This document shows positions 19,153 to 33,084 of a DNA stretch of 64,000 nucleotides, piece by piece (position 1 is the first letter of the stretch; every line of letters begins with the position of its first letter). The DNA lies in assembly GCF_009914755.1 (NCBI RefSeq), contig NC_060927.1; one strand, 5' to 3'. The position numbers and the translations under genes were made by a program. The notes beneath the pieces were generated by a model. The model made no database searches, had not been told where the DNA came from, and saw nothing but the letters and a program-made list of their open reading frames with translations. This DNA comes from the human T2T-CHM13v2.0 reference genome, Homo sapiens.

Positions 19153-20605
19153 CAGATGTTGGTGCAGATGTGGAGAAAAGGGAATGCTTATACACTGTTG
19201 AAGGGAATCTAAATTAGTATAGCCTTTATGGGAAACAGTATGGAGATTTCTTAAAGACCTAAAAATAGAATTAACCTTTGATCTAGCAATCCCATTACTA
19301 TGTATACATCCAAAGGGAAAGAAATCATTATATCAAAAACAAAAACAAAAAAAACCACTCGTATGTTTACTGCAGCACTAGTCACAATAGCAATGATATG
19401 GAATTAACCAAAGTGTCCATCAATGGAGGACTGGATAACAAAAATGTGTATATATCTACATCTATATCTCACCTTGAATACTACTTAGCCATAACAAAGA
19501 ATGAAATAATGTCTTTTGCAGCAAGATGGATAGAACTGGAGGCCACGTCTATAAGTGAAATAACTCAGAAACAGAAATTCAAGTATCACATGTTCTCACT
19601 TTAAGTGGGAGCTAAACAATGTGTATGCATGAGCATACAGAATAGAATGACACTGGTGACTATAAAAAGTGTGAGGGTGGGAGGAGATGAGGGTTGGAAA
19701 ATTACCTATTGGGTACAATATTCACTATTTGGGTGATGATGGGTACACTAAAAGCCCAGACTTCACCATGTAAGAAAAATGCACTTGTATTCCTTAAACG
19801 TTTTAAAAATTAAAAAGAAAAAAAAGTGAAGGGGAAGCAAGCAGTAAGCACTCAGGGGAAGCAGCATCAGCACTCCAGGGCCACAAGGACAGCTGAGCTG
19901 TGGGTTCTGTGATCAACTGCCCTCTGCTGGTGAGTAGAAATAATGAGTGGAAAGAGGACCAAAGGCTCATTTCAGGTTGAAGGTGTCAAGAAGATCTTTT
20001 TCAGCCTTTTATTAGAGAAAAATTCAAACTTAAATAACAGACAGAAGAGTATAAAACAGCCCCATGCATCTTTACCTAGCTTTGACAATATATCAGCTCA
20101 TGGCCAATCTTGTGTCATCTACCCATTACCCACTGCCCTCTGCCATGTTTTATTTTGAAGCAAATCCCAGACAACATATCATTGCATCTGGAATTATTTT
20201 AGTATGCATCTCTAAAAGAAAGGGAATTTTTTAAAAAGCTCCATAACACCACCATTGTCACAACTGAAAAATAATTAACAATAATTCTAATAATTCCAAT
20301 AATTCCTTATAGCATGGGACGCCAACAACAAAACAAATCATTAAGCCTCACCCAAGGAGGATCATGGCAAGGGAAAGGCAATCATGCAAAATTCAGATTA
20401 ACAGCATGAATCACCCAAACAAACAAAAGTACCTCATCTTCAGTCTTGCCAGAGTAAACTAGCAGGAACATAGATTAAATGAATATCTTAACTGGAAATG
20501 CAAAGCCATGCACCCAAATGGTAGGAAAATCTTTAGTTCAGCAGATGTGACACAAGTGCTACTAAGTCTTTGTTGAAACTTTTATACAATGTTTTTATTA
20601 TTATA

Positions 20606-21314
<709 letters not shown>

Positions 21315-21580
21315 TGAATCTTTCCAGTGATTCAGGAGGGCAACACGGTCCTTGAGGGCCAAATGCTCAGAGGAGTATCCAAGCAGCTGGGCTATGAGAC
21401 ACTGAGAGGTGTGACCATACCAGCTCCCCAGCAATCTCAAACCCAGGGATTAGAATTAGGTTGAAAGATCACTCCCCTTTTTGGGCTACCTCTGTGCTAT
21501 TTCTCCCTCTCTTGCAAATTTCTGTTAGCATGTCTCTTTTCCCTTCTAAATTATACGCCTCTGGAAGTCAGTATAGCATT

Positions 21581-21938
21581 TGATATGGTTTGGCTCTGTG
21601 TTCCCACCCAAATCTTACCCTGAATTGTAATAATCCCCACGTCGTGGGAGGGACCTGGTGGGAGGTAATTGAATCACGAAGGCAGGTCTTTCCTGTGCTG
21701 TTTTCATAATAGTGAATAAGTGTTACGAGATCTGATGGTTCTATAAAAGGGAGCTCCCCTGCACATGCTCTCTTGCCTGCCGCCATGTAAGACATGATTT
21801 TGCTCCTCATTCACCTTCCGCCATGATTCTGAGACACCCCCAGCCATGTGGAACTGCTAATCAATTAAACCTCTTTCCTTTATAAATTACCCAGTCTGAG
21901 GTATGTCTTTATTAGCAGCATGAGAACAGACTAACGCA
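21581..21938 (+). mobile_element. THE1C/D-type MaLR solo LTR
   Basis: tgatatggtttggct...gaacagactaacgca; 5-bp TSD gcatt/gcgtt. Confidence 0.9.
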
Positions 21939-22139
21939 GCGTTGTGTTCACTTTTGTATCCCGAGCAGCTGGCACATGAGAGATGCTCAATGGATGCTTG
22001 CATGAAGAAAGCCTGAACTAGAAAAGTCTATCACTTGATGATGCCAAATGTTGGAAAAAATGGGAAGAAAAGAGTATTCTCCTACTCTGCTTGTGGGACG
22101 ATGAACTGATACAGCCACTTTGTCCTCCAAAGAGATGTC

Positions 22140-23300
22140 AAATATTTAGGCCATAAAACAAGAATAGGATGCAAAAAACAGGAGCATTCAGAGAACAGCA
22201 AGAAAAGAGAGAGTTCCTGGAAATTATAAACACTCAACAGAAGGGTTGGAAGCTAAAGTTGAGAAATTCGAGAAAATCTTCCAAAGCAGAGCAAAAGAAA
22301 AACAGATAAAAAATAGAAGACAAAAGAAAGAAAACCAAAGACTAATCTAGGGGGTGCAATATCTGAATAAAAGGAGTTCCAGAAAGAGAACAGAGAAAAC
22401 AGATGGGACAAAATTAAAGAAAAAATTTAAAACATTTTTCTTATATGCTTATATTCTGAGTTTCCCAACAGAAAGGGCAATGAATTCCCGGTAAAACAGA
22501 TAAAACAGATAAAAACAGACTCACATCAAAGCACATCACTGAGAGAATTCAGAGCACTGGGGAAAAATAAAGACCTAACATGCTTCCAGAAATAACATAC
22601 ACAAAGGATTAAGAATCAGATTGGCTTTAGACATAGACAACAATCCTAGAAGTAAAAGATAAATGCAGCAATGATCTCAAAATTTTAAAGGAAAGTGATT
22701 TCTAATCAATACCCAGCCTAAGTATTAACTATGGGTGAAGACAGACAAAAAAGACTTTCAGACATACGTGGTCTCCAAATGTGCCTTCCATGTTCCCCTT
22801 CTCAGGAAATTACTGGAAAATGTGCTTCACCAAAATGAGAGTGTGCACCAAGCAAGTGAAAGACATGAGATACAGTAAATGGGGGACCCCCTAGAGGGGA
22901 CAGCGAAGACACTCTCCATGAGAGAAGAACATTATGCAGGGAAGGAAAGGTGTACTCTGTGGCTCACCATACCATCAAACTGAAAACTAATTAGCCAAAA
23001 CCACCAGACAACTATATTAGGAGGACAGAGGGATGGGAGGGTGCGTACATTTGATGAGGGTGGGTGCCAGAGTTGACTTCTAACCTCCCATAGAGAGAAG
23101 TCAATAGATGATACCTAAAGTTGAAACGTAGAGAAGGAGCAACGAAAACTTACCATTTAGAGAAATGGCAGTAACAACAAAAATAACCCACTAAGACAGA
23201 TGGAAGCAGTTGTCTCAGAGAAGGGGAAGAGGAGGGGGAGCACAGATGCTGCTGTTTTTGCAATCCTATGCATCTGTAACTTTGATAAATAAAACAATAT
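22140..23300 (+). mobile_element. Degraded L1M fragments (ORF1-like and 3' end)
   Basis: A-rich L1 ORF1-like sequence; 3' end motif gtaactttgataaataaaa. Confidence 0.55.
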
Positions 23301-23571
23301 GAGGGAAAAACCCTGCACACAGGAAGTGTCTCAGAAAATTCAGAAGGGCAGTAAAGCTTCCAACAGCACTGCCAATGGTCTGACATTGTTCGACCACCAG
23401 GTTCTGCTGCTGTTATGCCTGTTTGTACCTTACTGCAATATCCCAGTTTATGGCCATCAAAGCTCAGCATTTCACAAGCACCTAAAAGATACAAAGCTTT
23501 ACACTGTAACCAAGAGTGTGGAAGCCACTCAGTCAGCAGGTATGTTACACACGGATTTCCAAAGCTCTTAC
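23150..23571 (-). CDS. TAMM41: Alternative C-terminal extension of exon 7 (read-through, 452-aa isoform)
   Basis: Frame stays open past the donor (GKSFGNPCV...CHFSKW*); the total of 452 aa matches the long TAMM41 isoform length as I recall it. Confidence 0.7.
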
Positions 23572-23634
23572 CAGCAGTAAAAATGCCTTTCGTGCTCTGT
23601 CTTATACTAGACGGTCTCACGATTGCTGAAAGCC
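23572..23634 (-). CDS. TAMM41: TAMM41 exon 7 (63 nt, symmetric phase 1-1, skippable)
   Basis: cag|GG CTT TCA GCA; GLSAIVRPSSIRQSTKGIFTA; donor CTG|GTAAGA. Confidence 0.94.
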
Positions 23635-24460
23635 CTGCGAGAAAAAAACCAAAAAGGAGACCAAAAAAACCCAAAACAGATGTTAGTCATCTTAACAGTT
23701 TTAAAACTTGAAACTAAATATTCTTTCTAGTCAGCCAATCAAACCACCAAATCTATCTCTGTCCTGCTGTCACAGTGACAATGAAAAGGGCAGTGGGATT
23801 GAGGGCCAGGAGACCAGAGCAGCCAGCCGTGGCGCCACCCGGCTGTGTGAGTCCAAGCCGATGACCGAACAGCTCTGTGCCTCTTCCCCTTAAAACAAGG
23901 GGATGGGTTAGCTGACCCTCAAAGGGCATTTTATGACTTAAATCTGCTTGAGATTTCTGGTTCTCAATTCCATAACATGAAAAGATAAAAACCAAATGAT
24001 TACATCTACGAGAAAAACTTTCATTCTGAAAACACACATACGGATTCCACAGTGAGGAACAAGTTTCACTCCCCTCAAAGAGACGGCCCAGATCACACTG
24101 TTGCCAGGATCATGTTCAAACAAACAACAGTGTGCCTCGTACAGAGCTATCTTCAGGATGGGGAGCTGGTGACCCTAACACACTCTGCAAACCTAGTGCA
24201 GGCCCAGGAGGAGAGTGGGCGTGGAGCGCCTGCTGCATCTCATCCACTGCAGTGCGATGGTCTTTGCAAAGCATTACTGGAAATTCTATCTGGCACGCGG
24301 AGGAGCTCAGTAAATATTTACTGAATGAAAACAGGAGAATGCACTCAATTGACAGAGGGACTCATTCTCAATTTCATAAATATTTCTTGATTGACTGATC
24401 TCATAAATTACCTTTAGCACCTTAAAGGGAAGTTAGTCTCTGAAGATAAGGTTCAGGCTC

Positions 24461-24757
24461 TTTTTTTTGTTTGTTTTTTAAGAGATACGGGCTGCTCTAT
24501 CACCAAGCCTGGAGTGTAGTGGTGCGATCCTAGCTCATTGCAGCCTCCAACTGCTCAAGCGATCCTCCCACCTCAGACTCCCAAGTTAGCTGAGATTATA
24601 GGCATGTGCCACCATGCCCAGCTACTTTTTTAATTTTTGCAGAGACAGGGTCTTGCTCTGTTGCCCAAGCTGGTCTCAAACTCCTGGCCTCAAGTGATTC
24701 TCCCTCCTGGACTTCCTAAAGTGTTGGGAGTACAGGCGTGAGCCACTGCACCTGGCC
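24461..24757 (-). mobile_element. AluJ-like
   Basis: Antisense Alu; TSD ggttcag. Confidence 0.9.
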
Positions 24758-25253
24758 TGGGTTCAGAGTTTTGGATAAACATCAGGGCAGTGCTGGGGAA
24801 AATGCTGTGGAACGTGGGCCATGTCTGAGGGAATGTACTCAACAATGTATGAGACACATCAAATGGAGTTGATTGAGGAAAGCTGTGTTCTCGATGTTAT
24901 AAAAGCACAAAAAAATGCCACCAATCTCTTTTCTCAGACCACCACAAAACACAGACACATCTTTTAAATAAATTCTAGAAGTTGTGCTCTAGGAACCAAA
25001 AGAAACATTGTTTCTCCCTTTGACAGTGATTTAGGATCCAGGAATTTAAAAACAGAAGTATTTTCACCATCTTACTTCAAACAAATAAAAATGCAGATTT
25101 AGAAAACCCTCAAATTTTTAGTGCTTTCTTCTTCTGAGAGGCAATCTCTCTATCTCGCTAAACAAAAAGGAAGAAATAATACATTCCAATCACAAACAAA
25201 GTCTGCTTTTCCCCATGGCTGGCATTTCCTCAACATCAAATTCATAAACGTAC

Positions 25254-25419
25254 CTAGTCGCACCACATCTCCACAGTCGGGATCATGAGCCACTTGGAAT
25301 AAAGTTTCTTCCACATCTCTGTTTTTTCCAGGAGGGTCCATAATATGATTTATCTGTTGCTGTAAGGTTTTGGGCAATGTCATCAGCTGAGTGAACTGTC
25401 CTTCTGGGCTTTTATCTAT
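25254..25419 (-). CDS. TAMM41: TAMM41 exon 6
   Basis: cag|ATA GAT AAA AGC; IDKSPEGQFTQLMTLP...GDVVRL; donor TAG|GTACGT; 166 nt. Confidence 0.96.
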
Positions 25420-26518
25420 CTGAAGGGAGGAAAAAAAAGACGACGTCTATGGAAGTGCTTTAAATCCTACAAATACTCCAAAACTCAGGGCTTCTCTTTA
25501 AAAATCACACAAACATATATGCACCCACACCCCTGGCGAGGCAGCAAGCTAAGGAAACTCTCTTTTTCTGAAACTGAATGGGTAAGTGTTCAGGAGTCTA
25601 AGTCCCTTCAAAAAGGACAATTCTTGTCCTATAATATTCCATTTCTACCTGAGAAAAGAATAGAAGCCACTCTCAAGGATCAATTTCTGACTTTTGGTTT
25701 TAAAATTTATATTTGTCTTAAATCCAGCAGTCAAAGGAAGTGGTGCTGCAGTTGACACTCGTGGAGGCCGCGTCAAATCCAGGCACTGAGATGACCCCTC
25801 CCATTTCAAACACAGGGAGACTGGCGTGCCCTGATCACATCACCAATGAGAGTAAGTGGGATCTGAATTGTGTCTCCTGCCTGTAGGGCCTTTTAGTATG
25901 CTGTATTTCACAAACTGTAGGAATACACTGATGACAGAAACTAATCTTACTTACTTTTAATCCCCAGCACACAGTAGGTACTCAAAAAACAATAAGGAAA
26001 TGAGTAACTGAATCAATACAACTTAGTTGTCCTAAAGCTACTATGCCAGCGGCTTCGGTTCCCAAAGTATTCTAAAACATACTAAGGTGCTGAAGATAAA
26101 TATATAAATAAAACATGTAAAACTATGTGTCAGACTTTACTCAGAAACCCTTGAATCAAAAGTTAGCCACAGAGCTGAGGCCAGACCTAGCTTTCCTAAC
26201 TCCCAGTTTCATACACTGTGCCTCGTGGAATGAATTTTTAAAAATCTTGTAAACATTGATTTCCTGCCAAGTGCAGAACCAGTAACACTGCCCTCAACAG
26301 CCCATCACATTATTTCCCAAGGAAGAATCTGTCTTGTATCCTTTTAACAAATATTTAGGTTTTAACTTCAACTAAGAGAAGAGTAAGAAAAAATCAGATC
26401 AATGTATTACATTTTAGGCTTAGAGTTTACAGATAGGACGAACTTTCTTAATAATTAGAATCCACTCATTCTACCATTTTTTAAATTGAATAAATATTTA
26501 TTAAGTACATACCAAATG

Positions 26519-26825
26519 GGCCAGGAGCACAGGTTCACACCTGTAATCCCAACAGTTTGGGAGGCTGAGGCAGGAGAATTGCTTGAGCACAAAAATTCAA
26601 CATCAGCCCTAGCAAAAGAGTGAGATATCCGGCTCTACGAAAAAAAAAAAGAAAACAAAAAAAAGCCAGACATGGTGGTGCAAGCCTACAGTTCTGTCTA
26701 CTTGGGAGGCTGAGGTGGGAGGATCACTTGAGCCTGGGAAGTTGAGGCTACGATGAGTGGTGATTGTGCCACTGCACTACAGCCTGGGTGACAAGACCAA
26801 GATGGTATCAAAAAAAACAAAAAAG
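26519..26825 (+). mobile_element. AluJ-like
   Basis: TSD aagta(c/t)ataccaaat. Confidence 0.9.
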
Positions 26826-27617
26826 TATATACCAAATACCTGAATTTTCTAGTTTTGTCTATAAACTCTATGAAGAGAAGGAGAAAAATGTTATTATTTA
26901 ATGGCTCCATAAAGCTAGAGGGGTAAATATTTAGGTTTTTATCTAAATATTTGATATTTATCACTAGGATGGTTCTAAATTCACAGGCCCCATCCTCTAC
27001 TTAGCTTTGGCTACAAAAATGACAACAAATTTGAGTATTTATGTAAAATAATCTTAGAAATGACATTTATGGACTTATGTTTTGAGGCCACATATTGGGA
27101 TTAGTTAGAATAAACTTATATTTAAGTTATGCTTTACCTATGAAGCTTCCAACGGCTTGAGTGACATATAAAAAAATTAGAAAGTACTTATCTGCCACTG
27201 CTTTCTCTTGAGGAAAATAATGCACTGGAATTTTCACTTGAAAGCATGAGTGTAAAGATAAAATACCAGGTGACATGATTTAAAAATTTGGTAAATTCTC
27301 ATTTTCCTTACACTAACTCTCATTAAAATAACGAAAGTGAAAGCATTCAGCTAAACTGTGAAAGTCAAATTGCATTTTAAAAGCGGACATGGATACAATT
27401 ATTATATGTCAACTTAAGAAAAAAGCAGACATGGAAAAAACTTTATATGATTCCATGCATATGAACTGTCCAGAACAGAAAAATTACAGAGACAGAAGTG
27501 GATTAGTGGTTGCCTGGGTGAGGGGAGAGCTGGGGACGGCTAAAGGGTATGGAGTGACAGAAATATTCTAAAATTACATTGTGGTGATGGCTGTGCAGCT
27601 CTGTGACTATACTATAA

Positions 27618-28760
<1,143 letters not shown>

Positions 28761-28977
28761 GAAACTAGATCATGCAGGCTTTTATAGGCCATAGGGAGGA
28801 TTCTGGATACCTTTATTTTTATAGTTAGAGAAAATTCCTAGCCCTTTTCCCTTGTTCAGTTTCTAGAAAGTTGGTAGACAGACACATTATACTTCCCTGT
28901 CCTCTAGCCAGAGAATAGAAGATCTCTGGAGAAATTCTACAGACACTGATATTTGAGATCCTCCAATAAAACAGCTA

Positions 28978-29304
<327 letters not shown>

Positions 29305-29397
29305 TCATAATCCTATAGTCAAGCCCACCAGTTGACAAGCCTGATATATCACAAAGAACTTCCAGCCTGTATTTTAGTGCCTCATTCTTTAAAAACA

Positions 29398-29560
29398 GGC
29401 CAGAGCCAGGAACGGTGGCTCTTGCCTGTAATCCCAGTACTTTGGGAGGCCAAGGCAGGAGGATCGCTTGAGCCCAGGAGTTCGAGACCAGCCAGGGCCA
29501 ACAAAGTGGGACCCTGTCTCTACAAAAAAAAATTTAATGTCTCAGATCATATGGGTACAA

Positions 29561-29610
<50 letters not shown>

Positions 29611-29731
29611 ATATATGTATATATGTATATATGTGTATATATGTATATATGTGTGTATATATGTATATATGTGTGTATATATGTGTATATATATGTATAT
29701 ATACATATACACACATACACACACACCTGTG

Positions 29732-29769
<38 letters not shown>

Positions 29770-29955
29770 AAAAAATCAGCTGGGCATAGTGGCATGGGCC
29801 TGTAGTCGCAGCTCCTCAAGAGGCTGAGGTGAGAGGATCACTTGAGTGCAAGAGTTCAAGGCTGCAGTGAGCTATGATCATGCCACTATACTGTAGCCTA
29901 GGTGACAGAGTGAAATCCCCTCTCAAATTGATTAATTCATTAATTAATTTAAAAA
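29398..29955 (+). mobile_element. AluJ-like with an expanded microsatellite in its central linker
   Basis: Left arm to about 29532; right arm from about 29770. Confidence 0.87.
29562..29769. repeat. Compound (TG)n-(TA/TG)n-(CA)n microsatellite
   Basis: Directly visible. Confidence 0.97.
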
Positions 29956-29959
29956 ATCA

Positions 29960-31730
29960 GGCCAGGAAGGAAACTCAGACATTTGAAAAAAGCTTCTAAC
30001 ATAACAGACTAGAGTAAAAACAGACAAGAGGAACTAAGAGAAAGAAAACAGTGTGAGAGAACAAGACAAAATCTTCAAAAGTTATAATAAAGATCATTAA
30101 AGAGATTAGGAGAAAATAATGCATCCATAATACAAGAATAGGAAGCTATAAGAAAGAACATTTTGGGAAAATTAAAAATTTAGTAGAAGTGTTAGAAAAC
30201 CAATCAGAAATATTCTCCCATAAAGCTAAATTTAATAAACGAAGAGACGAGAGAGAGAGAGAGAGAGAAAGGAAAAAAGGTTAAACCAGGAGGTCTAGCA
30301 ACCACCTAACAGGAATCCCAGGAAGAACAAACTAAGAAAATGGGTATGAAGAAATAATTACAGAAATAATAAAAAAAATTCCTTAGAATTGAAGCTTATA
30401 AAATTCCAGATAGAAAAGGCCCACTGAGGCTGGGCGCTGTGGCTCACACCAGTTAACCCAATACTTTGGAAGACCAAGGTGGGAGGATGGCTTGAGCCCA
30501 GGAGTTTGAGACCAGCCTGGGCAATATGGTGAAACTGTTTCTACTAAAAACACAAAAACCAGCCAGGCGTGGTGGCGCGTGCCTGTAGTCCCAGTAGTTA
30601 CTCAGGAGGTTGAGGTGGGAGAGTCACTTGAGCTTGGGAGTTTGAGGTCGCAGTGAGCTGGGATTACGCCTCTGCACTCTAGCCAGGGCAACTGAGCAAG
30701 GCCCTGTCAAAAAAGAGAAAGAAAGAAAAGAAAGAAAGAAAGAGCCCACCAAGTGACTGAATAATGAATGGAAAACAGACATAAATAAAGAAGGAAAATT
30801 ATCTCCACCCTAGAATTTGATATCTAGCCAATACTATCTATCGAAGGGAGGGTAGAATTTTCAGAGGTATATAGTCTCAAAAACTTGCCTCCCTCACACC
30901 CTTTAAGAAGGTAATAAAAGACAAACTTCACTAATATCAGAGTATAAACCGTGGAAGAGGAAAATGCAAGACCCACAAAACCAAAAACTAGCACGGGGGA
31001 GGCAAAGGGAATTCTCAGGGTGATAATGAAGGGAAGGTGGAGGAGTGCGGCTGTGCAGTGAGCTAGAAAACAACCAGTTGAGAAAGGAACAGGGCAGGGG
31101 GCTCCAGGAAAAACATTCCTGTGAGAAACAAGAAACAGAAAATACCCAATAAATCTGTCTATAATGGGAAGAGTTTTACGGATCTGTCAAGAGTTTGAGG
31201 ATGACTGACCTAAGCAACTGAAAAAATAAGACAACTATTAACTCCAGGAGAAACAAAGTTGTACAGGAAAAGGAACTTCATAATGCCACAGCTCATCAAT
31301 AAAGAAAAGGCTGTCACAATAAAATAAACATTGAATATTAAGCTAACAAAAAATATGAAGTAACTTTATGTGAAGCATGAGGGCGTGAGGTAGAAGGGGA
31401 AGAGAATGTGTGTGCTAAGTGCATGTGTGTGAGTGTGTAATTGGTATAAGAATTGATGGGGTAGTGTAAGACGGTAAAAAAAATCCCCTTCTTCCAGGAT
31501 GGCAAAAATAAAGTGTAAGATTGAAAAAAAATCAAGAAATAATAGTCGAAGCATATTATTTAGAACATGGAGGTGAATATCAGAAGAATCAGCTATAGAG
31601 ACGAAAGCAGCTGCCTCTGGTAAGCAGGGCTGAGAATGTGGGAACGTATGCAGCACGGAACTGCTCTTTTTGTTATAAACTTGAGGTATCATTTGGCTTT
31701 TAAATCATGTACATGCATAAAACAAAAAAC
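29960..31730 (+). mobile_element. Degraded L1M fragments with an AluJ at 30428-30740
   Basis: L1 ORF1-like A-rich sequence and L1M 3' end motifs. Confidence 0.55.
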
Positions 31731-32228
31731 CTCAACCTGAACCAAATGTGGCAAAATCTGTTAAACTGAGTGGTGGGTATTCTCGCATTTCATATGTCAC
31801 TCTCTATTCTTTTCTTGTTTTAAAATAATTCCTATTTTTTTAAATTCCCTTTTTAGCTCTAGAAATTCCATTAATCTATTACTCATTACAATGTTAGTTG
31901 CCCCTACTATGTGGATGGAGAAGAGCATAAATGAAGAAAAATACAGTGTTCTTTACATTAAAGGAAAAAAAAAAAAACCTTTGGCCCGGCCTGGTTTTTA
32001 TTTTCAAACAAACACTTAATATTAATTGAAACAATACCTTGATAAGAAAGTTTTATTTGATATATCAAAAAGAAAAATTCCCAGACATAATAAACAAAAC
32101 AAGTGGGGAAAGAAGAGAATTTTGAATATGTATGAGCCCATTAATGTATAACAAAACCAAACCTCTTCCTATATGCATACAAACATATACAAAAGTACAC
32201 GTGAAAAGATCTGGAAGAACAGACAGCA

Positions 32229-32545
32229 GGCTGGGTGCAGTGGCTCATCCCTATAATCCCAGTACTTTTGGACGCTGGGGCGGGCAGACTGCTTGAGCTC
32301 AAGAGTTTGAGACCAGCCTGTGCAACATGGCAAAACCCTGTCTCTACAAAAAAAATACAAAAATTGGCCAGGTGTGGTGGCATGCACCTGTAGTCCCAGC
32401 TACTCAGGAGGCTGAGGTGGGAGGATGGCTTGATCCCAGGCTGGGGGGTGTTGAGGCTGCAGTAAGCCGAGATCGTGCCACTGCACTCTAGCCTGGGAAC
32501 AGAGTCAGACCCTGTCCCCCCAAAAAAAGAAAAAAAAACAACAAC
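32229..32545 (+). mobile_element. AluJ-like
   Basis: Full dimer. Confidence 0.9.
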
Positions 32546-32938
32546 AACCAGACACCAAACTGTCAGTACAGTTACCTCTGGGGAGCTAAATGGGTCTGGG
32601 GATGGAATGAGAGTGATCTAAAAGTTTATTTTCACTTGTTTTGATTGGTAATTGATAGACATGGTAATAATTTCCAATGGCAAAAAAGATATACATGGTC
32701 AAAACAAGTCCCTCTCCCACTTCTGCCCCTAGTTCCCTTCTCCAAAGGCAGCCTCTTATTACTAGTCTGTTACCTTTTAGCATTATTCCAGATACACAGA
32801 AGCCTATGTTTACATACAGTACTTACTTTTTAAACTATAAATGTTCTCACACCAGTCATGCTGTTCTACCCCTGACTTTCTTCCTGCAAATAGCCTTTGT
32901 CTTAGAAACAATACAAGCTATTTTCCACATACAGTTAC

Positions 32939-33084
32939 CTCCAGCCAGCCTTGCTGGCTTTTATACACCACTTGAGGATTTTCCTGTAGTATGCTGCCAT
33001 AGAGCTCTCGAAAGTGGGCTATATTGGGCTTCACAATATTCAACACTTTTGTTTTATCTTCTCCAACCACCATCCGAAAGTCAC
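32939..33084 (-). CDS. TAMM41: TAMM41 exon 5
   Basis: tag|GT GAC TTT CGG ATG; GDFRMVVGEDKTKV...QQGWLE; donor GAG|GTAACT; 146 nt. Confidence 0.96.

Noticed and set aside
29332-29819. ORFs with CVCV / HTHT / YIYI repeats
   Set aside because: Translation of a dinucleotide microsatellite
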